Origin: Smithella sp. M82
GTDB taxonomy: Bacteria > Desulfobacterota > Syntrophia > Syntrophales > Smithellaceae
Reading direction: 5' to 3'
Assembly (NCBI GenBank): GCA_001683985.1
Contig: MAEO01000003.1
Location: forward strand, 5,505 to 69,504
Length of the DNA stretch: 64,000 nucleotides
The notes under the pieces: generated by a model
What the model was told of the DNA's origin: nothing
Seen by the model: the letters and a program-made list of their open reading frames with translations, nothing else
Database searches by the model: none
Shown: in pieces, positions 45,443 to 54,663 of the stretch
Numbering within the stretch: position 1 is the first letter of the stretch
Layout of the letters: every line of letters starts with the position of its first letter
Program-made: the position numbers and the translations under genes

Positions 45443-46774
45443 ATGTTCGAAAATTTATCTGAAAAGTTGGAAAATATATTTAAAAAATTAAAAGGGCGTG
45501 GAATTTTAAATGAGGAAAATGTTAATGCATCCCTTAAAGAAATACGCATGGCTCTTTTGGAAGCCGATGTTAATTTCAAAGTAACTAAGGATTTTATCGA
45601 AGATATCAGAGTGCAGGCAAGCGGAAAAGAAGTTCTTGACAGCATTACTCCCGGGCAGCAAATAGTAAAAATTGTTCACGATCGCCTGGTTGATCTCATG
45701 GGGGGTGTTAGCGCCAGTATCAAGTTCGGTTCCCGGATTCCCGCACCCATCATGCTTGTCGGACTACAAGGCTGCGGCAAAACCACAACAGCCGCAAAAC
45801 TGGCGCTGCTGTTGTCTAAAGAAAATAAAAAAGTCTATTTGGTATCGGCTGATGTCTACCGACCGGCGGCTATAGAACAATTAGCCACATTGGCAAAACA
45901 AATAAACGCGGGTGTTTTCGATTCTAATGGCCTGAAAGATCCTGTGGAAATTTGCATTCAGGCTGTCGAACAGGCCAGAAAAAACGGATATGAAGTCATA
46001 ATTATTGATACTGCGGGAAGATTGCACATTGATGAAGTCTTAATGCAAGAACTCAGGAAAATAAAAGAAAAGGTCAATCCGGCAGAAATTATTTATGTTG
46101 CTGATGCTATGACGGGACAGGATGCTGTTAATGTCGGGGCAAAATTTAATGAGCTCATCGGCATTGACGGCGTCATTATAACAAAAATGGATGGCGATGC
46201 GCGAGGCGGTAGTGCATTATCCCTGAAAGCGGTCGTTGGAAAACCGATTAAATTTGTCGGAATTGGTGAAAAAATTGATAACCTTGAGGTATTTCATCCG
46301 GAAAGAATGGCCTCCCGTATTCTTGGAATGGGCGATATCCTGACTCTGGTAGAAAAAGCACAGGCAAATATTGATAAAAAGACCGCGCTTGAATTAGAAA
46401 AAAGCATTAAAAAAAATAATTTCACTTTGGAAGACTTCCGCAATCAACTGGCTCAAATCAAAAAAATGGGATCAATGAAAGATATATTAGGAATGATTCC
46501 GGGTTTGGGAAAAATGAAAGCAATCAAAGATATAGAGCCCGATGAAAAAGAATTGGTTAAAATCACCGCTATTATCGATTCAATGACAAAAGAAGAACGT
46601 TATGACTACCTTATAATTGATGGCCGTCGACGCAAAAGAATTGCCTTGGGCAGCGGAACAACCGTTCAGGATGTAAATCTTTTATTGAAAAATTATATTG
46701 AAATTAGAAAGATGATGAAAAAATTCAATCAAAAAAAAGGTATAAAATCATTAATGCGTAATTTCCCCTTTTAA
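45443..46774 (+). CDS. ffh: Signal recognition particle protein Ffh
   Basis: The ATG at 45443 gives MFENLSEKLENIFKKLKG. The GTPase motifs are GLQGCGKTTT, DTAGR and TKMDGD, followed by a Met-rich M domain. Confidence 0.96.
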   Translation: MFENLSEKLENIFKKLKGRGILNEENVNASLKEIRMALLEADVNFKVTKDFIEDIRVQASGKEVLDSITPGQQIVKIVHDRLVDLMGGVSASIKFGSRIPAPIMLVGLQGCGKTTTAAKLALLLSKENKKVYLVSADVYRPAAIEQLATLAKQINAGVFDSNGLKDPVEICIQAVEQARKNGYEVIIIDTAGRLHIDEVLMQELRKIKEKVNPAEIIYVADAMTGQDAVNVGAKFNELIGIDGVIITKMDGDARGGSALSLKAVVGKPIKFVGIGEKIDNLEVFHPERMASRILGMGDILTLVEKAQANIDKKTALELEKSIKKNNFTLEDFRNQLAQIKKMGSMKDILGMIPGLGKMKAIKDIEPDEKELVKITAIIDSMTKEERYDYLIIDGRRRKRIALGSGTTVQDVNLLLKNYIEIRKMMKKFNQKKGIKSLMRNFPF

Positions 46775-46843
46775 AATAAAAAAAACTATGATAGAAATTT
46801 AAAAAATGATTAGTAATTTTTAAGGAGGTATTATTTAAAATCG

Positions 46844-47098
46844 ATGGCTGTTAAAATTAGACTAACCCGGATGGGTGCTAAAAGTAAACCTTTTTATCGT
46901 ATTGTGGCGGCTGACGCAGATTCTCCACGGGATGGAAAATATCTTGAAATATTAGGTAATTACGATCCCAAAAAAAACCCTGCGGAAATTGTAGTGAAGG
47001 AAGAAAGAATTCGGGAGTGGTTGTCAAAAGGCGCCAAAGTAACCCTGACGGTAGCTAATTTATTGAAGACAAAAGGCATTGAAGCTAGAATTAAATAA
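46844..47098 (+). CDS. rpsP: 30S ribosomal protein S16
   Basis: The product begins MAVKIRLTRMGAKSKPFYRIVAAD, typical of S16. Confidence 0.96.
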   Translation: MAVKIRLTRMGAKSKPFYRIVAADADSPRDGKYLEILGNYDPKKNPAEIVVKEERIREWLSKGAKVTLTVANLLKTKGIEARIK

Positions 47099-47230
47099 AA
47101 ATTTTATCATTTACAAAGCGCAGTAGATGGAGTTTTATATGGCCGGATGTGTCGTTTTTAGCGTTGAGTTTTTTTAATGGCATAAAATTGAATTTAAAGA
47201 GAAATTAAATAATCAGCGGAGGTTATAACG

Positions 47231-47461
47231 ATGAAGGAATTGGTCAAGTATATAGCTCAGGCTTTGGTAGATGTTCCAGAGAAGGTTGAAGTTAAAGAGA
47301 CAATCGGTGAACAAACTTCAGTTATTGAATTGCGTGTGGCAAAAGAAGACTTAGGTAAAGTAATCGGGAAACAGGGTAAAACTGCTCAGGCTATCCGAAT
47401 GATTTTAAGCGCGGCTTCTGCTAAAATACATAAAAGAGCAGTTTTAGAGATTATTGAATAA
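47231..47461 (+). CDS. KH-domain RNA-binding protein (UPF0109/YlqC family)
   Basis: 76-aa ORF with the [15 protein letters not shown] GxxG KH motif, in the conserved position between rpsP and rimM. Confidence 0.88.
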   Translation: MKELVKYIAQALVDVPEKVEVKETIGEQTSVIELRVAKEDLGKVIGKQGKTAQAIRMILSAASAKIHKRAVLEIIE

Positions 47462-47467
47462 AATAAA

Positions 47468-47971
47468 ATGAATCTCTTTGCGGCAGGAGAGGTTGTAAAA
47501 ACTCGTGGTCTTCATGGTTGTCTGAAAATTATATCTTATGTGGAGAAAGTAAGCAATCTTGCCAACCTTAAATTTATTTATATTGAACAGAAATCTGGGC
47601 AAAGAAATCGTTTTAAACTGAAAAAAATTGATTTATCCGGAAAAGCGTTCTTTGTTGAATTGGAAGGTGTACCGGATTTGGAATCGGCAAGGACCTTGGT
47701 TGGCTGTAAAGTTTTCCTGCCGAAAAATATACTGGAAAAGCTGCCGGAAGGGGAATATTACTGGCAGGACATTATCGGACTCAATGTATATAATGAAGAA
47801 AATAATAAATATATTGGCCGGATAGAATTTGTTTTCCCCACGGGTAGTAATGATGTTTATGTCTGCAAGGGAGAAGAAAGAGAAATACTTCTCCCTGCTA
47901 TCTCCGAAGTAATCCGAAAGATAGATATAGATCGTCAAATTATGACAGTAAAATTGCTGGAAGGGCTGTAA
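47468..47971 (+). CDS. rimM: 16S rRNA processing protein RimM
   Basis: 167-aa ORF with GEVVKTRGLHGCLKI and a PRC-barrel C-terminus, in the rpsP-rimM-trmD-rplS synteny. Confidence 0.92.
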   Translation: MNLFAAGEVVKTRGLHGCLKIISYVEKVSNLANLKFIYIEQKSGQRNRFKLKKIDLSGKAFFVELEGVPDLESARTLVGCKVFLPKNILEKLPEGEYYWQDIIGLNVYNEENNKYIGRIEFVFPTGSNDVYVCKGEEREILLPAISEVIRKIDIDRQIMTVKLLEGL

Positions 47972-47974
47972 AAA

Positions 47975-48712
47975 GTGGTTAAGTTTGATGTCCTCTCCAT
48001 CTTTCCCGAGATGTTTTCGTCTCCGCTCAATTTCAGTTTGCTCAAGAAAGCTCAAGAAAAAGGTCTTTTAAGTATTTCAATACACAATATACGTAATTGG
48101 GCGGATGATAAACATAAAATGACCGATGACGCCCCATATGGAGGCGGATGCGGAATGGTCATGAAAGTTGAGCCGGTGGAAAAAGCTCTCAATGAAATCA
48201 GAAAGGCCGTAGAAAATTCTGTCGTAGTGTTAATGACTCCACAGGGTGAAGTTTTAAATCAAAAAATAGCGGCTGAGTTATCCTGTAAAAAAAATATTAT
48301 AATAATTTGCGGACGTTATGAAGGAATTGATGAAAGAATCAGGGAACATTTAGTTGATCGCGAAATTTCCATTGGTGACTATGTCGTGACCGGAGGTGAA
48401 ATTCCGGCAATGGTTTTAATCGATGCAATATGCCGGTACATTCCCGAGTTTCTGGGAAATCCTGAATCGACAAAAAACGAGTCATTTTGCGCAAATCTTT
48501 TGGAATATCCGCAATATACAAGGCCGGCAGAATACAAAAACTGGTCAGTGCCGGAGGTCTTATTATCAGGAAATCATACAGAAATAGAACTGTGGCGCAG
48601 AAAAGAATCATTGAAAAGAACCTATCAGCGCCGTCCTGATTTATTAAAAAAAGTAAAACTTTCAGCTCAAGATAAAAATATTCTTGATAAAATTAAACAG
48701 GAAGAAATATAA
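47975..48712 (+). CDS. trmD: tRNA (guanine37-N1)-methyltransferase
   Basis: 245-aa ORF with a GTG start and the motifs [31 protein letters not shown] and GDYVVTGGE. Confidence 0.95.
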   Translation: MVKFDVLSIFPEMFSSPLNFSLLKKAQEKGLLSISIHNIRNWADDKHKMTDDAPYGGGCGMVMKVEPVEKALNEIRKAVENSVVVLMTPQGEVLNQKIAAELSCKKNIIIICGRYEGIDERIREHLVDREISIGDYVVTGGEIPAMVLIDAICRYIPEFLGNPESTKNESFCANLLEYPQYTRPAEYKNWSVPEVLLSGNHTEIELWRRKESLKRTYQRRPDLLKKVKLSAQDKNILDKIKQEEI

Positions 48713-48847
48713 ACTCTTGATTTTGAGAAGTTTATAATGTATGGGTTTCCCCCAATTATTTACAATTATTTAGGATAAAATAATCCTAAATGAGAAAGCA
48801 TTAATGCTTTACATAGCTCTTTTACATTTAATGCAGGAGGAAAATAG

Positions 48848-49195
48848 ATGAATATAATAGAAATGATCGAAAAAGAAAACATGAGAGGGGATATACCGGG
48901 CTTTAAACCTGGCGACACAGTAAAAGTACATGTGCGTATTATTGAAGGCCAGAAGCAGAGAATTCAGGCCTTTGAGGGCGTTGTGATTCGAAAGAAGCGC
49001 GGTAACAGCAGAGCCAATTTTACTGTGAGAAAAATTTCCTACGGTGTTGGTGTAGAGAGAACCTTCCCCTTGCATTCTCCGATTATTGATCAGATTGACG
49101 TTATCAGCAGGGGGAAAGTATCCCGATCGCGTCTTTATTATTTAAGAAATTTAAGAGGGAAAAAAGCAAGAATTAAAGAAGCGGCGAAAACCTGA
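48848..49195 (+). CDS. rplS: 50S ribosomal protein L19
   Basis: 115-aa ORF with [28 protein letters not shown], typical of L19. Confidence 0.96.
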   Translation: MNIIEMIEKENMRGDIPGFKPGDTVKVHVRIIEGQKQRIQAFEGVVIRKKRGNSRANFTVRKISYGVGVERTFPLHSPIIDQIDVISRGKVSRSRLYYLRNLRGKKARIKEAAKT

Positions 49196-49294
49196 TAAAT
49201 TTTTTTAAAACTCAGATCAACTCTGTTTTGTTTGGTTCTATTAATTGATAAGGCCGATGCCTAAAGGAGAAAGAATAATTCTTTTATCTTTTCA

Positions 49295-49912
49295 ATGGAT
49301 ACTTTTGAGAAAATTGCCTATCAAGAAGGTTACCAGTTCATAGCAGGCATTGATGAAGCGGGAAGAGGACCGCTGGCAGGACCTGTTGTTGCTGCTGCCG
49401 TTATCCTTCCTCACGATTATTTGAATCCTGAGATAAAAGATTCCAAAAAACTCTCCGCATTTAAAAGAGAAGAATTATACGAAACAATTAACAAAGAAGC
49501 CGTAGCGATCGGCATGAGAATCGTAGATGCGGAAGTTATCGATCATTACAATATACTTTACGCAACTCTTCAGGCTATGCGCGAAGCAGTTCTGGAACTC
49601 TCCACAATGCCGGATTTCCTGTTGATTGACGGCAACCATCGCGTTCCAATTACGACTCCGCAGAAAACGATTGTCAAAGGAGATTCCCTGAGCATATCCA
49701 TTGCCGCAGCATCCATTATGGCCAAAGTAAATCGGGACAGAATAATGGAAATGTATCATCGCCAATTCCCCCAATATAACTTTCAGCAAAATAAGGGATA
49801 CGGAACAAAAGAGCACCTTGATGCAATCAGAAAATTCGGTATCTGTAAAATTCATCGCAAATCATTCCATGTAAAAAATTTGCATCAAACAAATTTCGAA
49901 TTCAATATATAA
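49295..49912 (+). CDS. rnhB: Ribonuclease HII
   Basis: 205-aa ORF with GIDEAGRGPLAGPVV, DSKKL and ASIMAKV. Confidence 0.93.
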   Translation: MDTFEKIAYQEGYQFIAGIDEAGRGPLAGPVVAAAVILPHDYLNPEIKDSKKLSAFKREELYETINKEAVAIGMRIVDAEVIDHYNILYATLQAMREAVLELSTMPDFLLIDGNHRVPITTPQKTIVKGDSLSISIAAASIMAKVNRDRIMEMYHRQFPQYNFQQNKGYGTKEHLDAIRKFGICKIHRKSFHVKNLHQTNFEFNI

Positions 49913-49913
49913 A

Positions 49914-50288
49914 ATGAAAGATTCGTCCAAGATTAAAACCGGCAAAGAAGGAGAAAAGATCGCTGCCGCCTATCTTAAAAAAAACGGTTATCGTATAATC
50001 GAAACAAATTTCCGTTGTGCAATCGGTGAAATAGATATCATTGCCAGGGAAAAAGATGAACTTGTTTTCCTTGAAGTCAAAACGAGAAGATCCGAAGATC
50101 TTGGATTTCCGGAACAAGCAGTAGGAATAAAAAAACAGAAAAAAATGTCTCAACTGGCGTTATGGTATCTTCAGTATAAAAATATCAAGAATACCAATTC
50201 GCGATTTGATGTATTGGCGGTAATAATGCTTCCATCAGGCAATGAAATAAAACTTATAAAAAATGCCTTTGATTTCATTGCTGCATGA
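49914..50288 (+). CDS. yraN: YraN-family endonuclease-like protein (UPF0102)
   Basis: 124-aa ORF with GEKIAAAYLKKNGYRIIETNFRCAIGEIDIIA...LVFLEVKTR, in the conserved position after rnhB. Confidence 0.88.
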   Translation: MKDSSKIKTGKEGEKIAAAYLKKNGYRIIETNFRCAIGEIDIIAREKDELVFLEVKTRRSEDLGFPEQAVGIKKQKKMSQLALWYLQYKNIKNTNSRFDVLAVIMLPSGNEIKLIKNAFDFIAA

Positions 50289-50293
50289 ACATA

Positions 50294-51676
50294 TCAGATT
50301 TTAAAATGACTCAAGGCAGGTTTGCCAATGGGATAAACGTTAAACCCAATAGAAAAACATTTCTTGTGATCGATAATGTTACGTCCGTCGAAGATAAAAG
50401 CAGGCTTTACCATTGTTTTATAGATCTTGCGAAAATCCAAATTCATGTATAAATCCCAGTCGGTCAGAATAAGCAAGGCGTGACAACCAGAGGCAGCTTC
50501 GTAAGGGTCTTCAATATATTTTACCTTACCTTTGATTCCTGAAAGATCAGCGGCGGCGTTTTTTAGAGCTTTAGGATCGGAAATAATCAATTCGGCATGT
50601 TCCGCAAGCAGCTTTTGCGAAATATAAATTGCCGGACTTTCTCTTGTGTCTCCGGTATCCGCTTTAAAGGCAAAGCCGAGTATGCAAATTTTTTTACCTG
50701 CTAAAGTGCCGAACATACCGTTAAGTATATTGGCAACAAAACGTTCCTGCTGATATTCATTAATTTTAACAACATTTTCCCAATAAGAAGCGACCTCCTT
50801 TAAACCATAATAACGACAAAGATAAACAAGATTTAAAATATCCTTTTTAAAACATGATCCGCCAAAACCGATACCTGCTTTAAGAAATTTATTACCGATG
50901 CGGCTATCCATTCCAACTGCTTCGGCCACTTCGGAAATATCGGCGTCTGTTTTTTCGCAAAGAGCAGATATGGAATTGATAGACGACACTCGCTGGGCCA
51001 AAAAAGCATTGGCTACCAGCTTGGATAACTCACTGCTCCAAATATTGGAGGTAATTATTTTTTCTTTAAGAATCCACCGGGAATAAATTTTTATCAACTC
51101 TGCGCGAGCTTTTAATCCGCTTTTTGTTTGGTGAGAACCAATAAGAACGCGATCGGGATTTTCTAAATCGCTTATAGCTGTGCCTTCTGCCATAAATTCA
51201 GGATTGGACAAAACTTCAAACCTGAATTTACCTTTTGCCGAAGATAAAATTTTTTCCATGGCCAGAGCGGTTTTCACGGGCAAGGTGCTTTTCTCGATCA
51301 CAATTTTCGATGATCGCGAATACTTGAGAATCTGACGCGCCGTTTTTTCCCAGTACTGCAAATCAGCTGCCATATCGGCGCCGGCTCCGTAAGTCTTGGT
51401 TGGAGTATGAACGCTTACAAAAATAATATCATTTTCTTTTATCTGATTTTCGATATCTTTTTTGAAGAATAAATTCCTGCCTCGCGTCTTTTTTACGATC
51501 TTATCCAATCCCGGTTCATAGATAGGAAGTTCCTCCGAGTTCCAGGCGTCAATGCGATCTGAATTAATATCCACTACCGTTATCCGGTAATCGGGACATT
51601 TATAGGCGATCATTGCCATAGAAGGACCGCCTACATAACCGGCTCCGATACAAAGAATATTTTTCTTTGATTTCAT
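50294..51676 (-). CDS. ugd: UDP-glucose 6-dehydrogenase (long, eukaryote-like type)
   Basis: 460-aa ORF with CIGAGYVGGPSMA, NPEFMAEGTA and GFGGSCFKKD (catalytic Cys). Confidence 0.92.
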   Translation of the reverse strand: MKSKKNILCIGAGYVGGPSMAMIAYKCPDYRITVVDINSDRIDAWNSEELPIYEPGLDKIVKKTRGRNLFFKKDIENQIKENDIIFVSVHTPTKTYGAGADMAADLQYWEKTARQILKYSRSSKIVIEKSTLPVKTALAMEKILSSAKGKFRFEVLSNPEFMAEGTAISDLENPDRVLIGSHQTKSGLKARAELIKIYSRWILKEKIITSNIWSSELSKLVANAFLAQRVSSINSISALCEKTDADISEVAEAVGMDSRIGNKFLKAGIGFGGSCFKKDILNLVYLCRYYGLKEVASYWENVVKINEYQQERFVANILNGMFGTLAGKKICILGFAFKADTGDTRESPAIYISQKLLAEHAELIISDPKALKNAAADLSGIKGKVKYIEDPYEAASGCHALLILTDWDLYMNLDFRKIYKTMVKPAFIFDGRNIIDHKKCFSIGFNVYPIGKPALSHFKI

Positions 51677-51701
51677 TAATATTGAATTCTCCTTTTTCTG
51701 A

Positions 51702-52643
51702 TTAATTTACTTTTAATACTTCACGAAAATAATGAATTGTATTTGACAATCCTTCTTCCAGTTCTACTTTTGGTTTCCAGCCGATTTTTTCCATGGCCAA
51801 AGATATATCCGGTTTACGTTGAACAGGATCGTCATCAGGGAGGGGCTGAAATTCAATTCCGGAGGAGCTATTCGTTAATTTGATAATCAGTTGTGCCAGT
51901 TGCATTATTGTGAATTCTGCCGGATTGCCGATGTTTACAGGACCATAAAAATCATCTGCCGAATTCATCATTGCGATTAATCCCGTGATCATATCATCAA
52001 CATAACAAAAGGATCTTGTATGGGAACCGTCTCCATAAATAGTTATATTTTTATTTTGCAGAGCCTGAACGATAAAATTGCTTACCACACGGCCGTCATT
52101 TATAGCCATACGCGGACCGTATGTGTTGAATATTCTGACTATTTTAGTATTGACGGAATTTTGACGCCGATAGTCCATCATCAGACATTCCGCTGCTCTT
52201 TTTCCTTCGTCATAGCAACTGCGGATTCCTACCGGATTGACTTTCCCCCAGTATGATTCATTTTGCGGGTGCACTTCCGGATTGCCGTAAACTTCCGATG
52301 TGGAAGCCTGAAGTACTTTTGCTTTTGTCCTTTTGGCAATACCCAGAACATTTATTGCTCCCATGACATTTGTTTTGACGGTTTTGATAGGATTAAACTG
52401 ATAGTGCACTGGGGAAGCGGGGCAGGCAAGATTGTATATTTCATCAACTTCGAGATAAACGGGATTTATAATATCGTGCCGAATCAATTCAAAATGGGGA
52501 AGATTGATAAGCTGAGCTATGTTATTTTTATTGCCCGTAAAAAAATTGTCCAGGCAGATTACATCGTTGCCTTCATTCAATAATCGGTCACAAAGATGTG
52601 ATCCCAAAAATCCGGCGCCCCCGGTTATTAATATACGTTTCAT
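51702..52643 (-). CDS. uxs: UDP-glucuronate decarboxylase (UDP-xylose synthase)
   Basis: 313-aa SDR with [22 protein letters not shown] and YDEGKR (YxxxK), immediately upstream of ugd in transcription order. Confidence 0.92.
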   Translation of the reverse strand: MKRILITGGAGFLGSHLCDRLLNEGNDVICLDNFFTGNKNNIAQLINLPHFELIRHDIINPVYLEVDEIYNLACPASPVHYQFNPIKTVKTNVMGAINVLGIAKRTKAKVLQASTSEVYGNPEVHPQNESYWGKVNPVGIRSCYDEGKRAAECLMMDYRRQNSVNTKIVRIFNTYGPRMAINDGRVVSNFIVQALQNKNITIYGDGSHTRSFCYVDDMITGLIAMMNSADDFYGPVNIGNPAEFTIMQLAQLIIKLTNSSSGIEFQPLPDDDPVQRKPDISLAMEKIGWKPKVELEEGLSNTIHYFREVLKVN

Positions 52644-52742
52644 TATTGTATTTTGTCGTTAGTGTAAATAAATTTTAAAACTATCGCATTAAACCTGAAA
52701 TGCAGCAAAGATGTCAACTATAAAGTCATTTATCCGGCATGC

Positions 52743-52769
52743 AAGAATATTTTTCTTAAAAATATTCTT
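52743..52769. repeat. Perfect 12-bp inverted repeat AAGAATATTTTT-CTT-AAAAATATTCTT
   Basis: Seen directly in the sequence, in the divergent intergenic region between uxs (minus strand) and a hypothetical gene (plus strand). Confidence 0.6.
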
Positions 52770-52844
52770 TGATATATGTCTTGAACTGTTTTTTACATTA
52801 TGATAGCTAAATTTATAAATTCAAATGATCTTGAGGAGATTATT

Positions 52845-53168
52845 ATGGATTCAGATTCGGAAGCAACGGCAGAAAAAAATATCCGAGAGTTAAAAAACGA
52901 TTACGAAAACCTGAACAATGGCAGTAATCAGGATGTAATTGTAGTTGATGGCCGCGGCTATGAGAAAAATGGAAATAATAAAAGAAAAGTATATACCCTT
53001 GTCGATGTTATTGAAGATACCGAAACGGCAAGCAGCCTCAATGAAGAAATTATAAGACGGGCGACAGATATTATTGAAAGAATTGCCAGAGAAACGGTAC
53101 CGGAAATCGCCGAAAAAGTTATTAAAGAAGAAATTGAAAAACTCAAGAAATTAAGCGGCAGCGATTGA
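52845..53168 (+). CDS. Hypothetical acidic protein with a C-terminal amphipathic helix
   Basis: The start is set to the ATG at 52845 after GAGGAG, giving a 107-aa product. I recognise no family. The C-terminus is IIERIARETVPEIAEKVIKEEIEKLKKL. Confidence 0.5.
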   Translation: MDSDSEATAEKNIRELKNDYENLNNGSNQDVIVVDGRGYEKNGNNKRKVYTLVDVIEDTETASSLNEEIIRRATDIIERIARETVPEIAEKVIKEEIEKLKKLSGSD

Positions 53169-53187
53169 AAGAAAAGGGGACTATATT

Positions 53188-53790
53188 ATGAATAATTGTA
53201 AGATTTATTTGTATATACTTATCGCTTTAATTTTGAATATAAGCGGATGTTCCAATAATTCACAATATGGATTAAGGCCTAATTACGATCAGAATTCGGC
53301 AAAAATTATCGCATTACTTCCAGTAGAAAATATAACTTTTGATAGTAAAACATCTAAATTATTGCGATTAAAATTATTTGAAGAACTTTATTTTAAGGGT
53401 TATTCCAAATTACCACTAAACGTGATTGACAAGAAGTTGGAGCCGCTATACATTAGTAAAATATCAAAAAATAATACAGATATTATTGATCCTCAGGCAT
53501 TAAAGGATTTGCTGGGTGCCGATGCGGGAATGTATTGCACATTAATTAATGAGGAAAAATCAAAGAAAGTTTTTTACGCTTCTGTAACCGTAGCAATTCG
53601 TTGTGAATTGCGTAGCAGTGAAACCGGTGAAGTTCTTTGGAATGCCGAGAGTAAATCTACAAGCAGAAATTTTGATTTAACAAAAAAAGGACTGGAAAGA
53701 AAATCAACCGAAACTTATGAAACTGTAATTGAAGAAGTGGTCAATAAAGTAATGAAAACTCTGCCGGATGGACCTAATTTGCGTGGATAA
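53188..53790 (+). CDS. Lipoprotein, DUF799 (GNA1162-like) candidate
   Basis: 200-aa ORF with signal plus lipobox (LNISGC). The IALLPVENIT...ADAGMYCTL...LWNAE pattern resembles my memory of DUF799 lipoproteins. Confidence 0.65.
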   Translation: MNNCKIYLYILIALILNISGCSNNSQYGLRPNYDQNSAKIIALLPVENITFDSKTSKLLRLKLFEELYFKGYSKLPLNVIDKKLEPLYISKISKNNTDIIDPQALKDLLGADAGMYCTLINEEKSKKVFYASVTVAIRCELRSSETGEVLWNAESKSTSRNFDLTKKGLERKSTETYETVIEEVVNKVMKTLPDGPNLRG

Positions 53791-53865
53791 AGAAAAACAT
53801 GATCCGGTATTTTCGAATAGAAGCAGAAATAATAAAAATTAAAAGGATTGATAGTAGAATTATAA

Positions 53866-54426
53866 ATGAACATACCAAATTTATTGTCCTTAACTCGGAT
53901 TATACTTGTTCCCGTCCTCATAATTTTTCTGATACAAGACAAATATTATAATGCTTTGATTGTTTTCATTATTGCCGGTTTAACTGATGCACTCGACGGC
54001 ACAATGGCTCGCTTATTAAATGCTCAAACTAAGCTTGGTTCATATTTGGATCCCATTGCCGATAAATTGTTGCTGACGACAAGTTTTGTGATTCTGGCAA
54101 TTCTGGGAATTGTGCCCAGTTGGCTGACAGTGATTGTAATCAGCAGGGACTTTATGATATTACTTGGTGCAGCAATTCTTACTTTAATGTCGATCAATTT
54201 TGAAATTAAACCGGCTTTAATCGGTAAAATAACCACTACATTGCAAACAGGTACGGTTTTTTTGGTTCTACTTTATGAGGCGTTCACTCATAATTTAAGT
54301 TATGAATCCCTGTTAACGCTTTTCTATTGGTTAACGGCAACATTTACAATTGCTTCCGGATTGGTGTACATAATTAGAGTAATCAAAATAGTCAATAAAA
54401 GTAATGTAAAAAATATAGAAAAATAA
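53866..54426 (+). CDS. pgsA: CDP-diacylglycerol--glycerol-3-phosphate 3-phosphatidyltransferase
   Basis: 186-aa ORF with the CDP-alcohol phosphatidyltransferase motif DALDGTMAR...G..LDPIADKL and multiple TM helices. Confidence 0.88.
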   Translation: MNIPNLLSLTRIILVPVLIIFLIQDKYYNALIVFIIAGLTDALDGTMARLLNAQTKLGSYLDPIADKLLLTTSFVILAILGIVPSWLTVIVISRDFMILLGAAILTLMSINFEIKPALIGKITTTLQTGTVFLVLLYEAFTHNLSYESLLTLFYWLTATFTIASGLVYIIRVIKIVNKSNVKNIEK

Positions 54427-54435
54427 GATATTTAC

Positions 54436-54464
54436 TTGACACTATAGAGTTTTACTGATATTTT
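54436..54464 (+). promoter_or_regulatory. Candidate promoter for tRNA-Val (TTGACA, 17-nt spacer, TATTTT)
   Basis: TTGACA lies at 54436-54441 and TATTTT at 54459-54464, about 27 nt upstream of the tRNA 5' end. Confidence 0.4.
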
Positions 54465-54490
54465 GTAAACTTATGAACTGAATTATTCGT

Positions 54491-54565
54491 AGGCAAGTAG
54501 CTCAGGGGGAGAGCGCCATCCTGACGCGGTGGATGTCCAGGGTTCAAATCCCTGCTTGCCTACCA
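54491..54565 (+). tRNA. tRNA-Val (anticodon GAC), with encoded CCA
   Basis: I folded the cloverleaf by hand. The acceptor stem is AGGCAAG/CTTGCCT and the D arm is GCTC..GAGC. The anticodon stem CCATC/GGTGG carries the loop CTGACGC. The T arm is CAGGG-TTCAAAT-CCCTG, with discriminator A and a 3' CCA. Confidence 0.92.
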
Positions 54566-54663
54566 TTTTAATAGCATAAAAATGTCATTAGTTCAGTACT
54601 TCAAGGGCATCAGCAAATTGTGGTGCCCTTTTAAAATGAATTGCAACTATTTTAATATAAGCT

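Noticed and set aside
54491-54565. tRNA-Val as a possible integration hotspot for a genomic island
   Set aside because: There is no integrase, no direct repeat of the tRNA 3' end and no compositional break. The neighbours are pgsA and the thrS operon.
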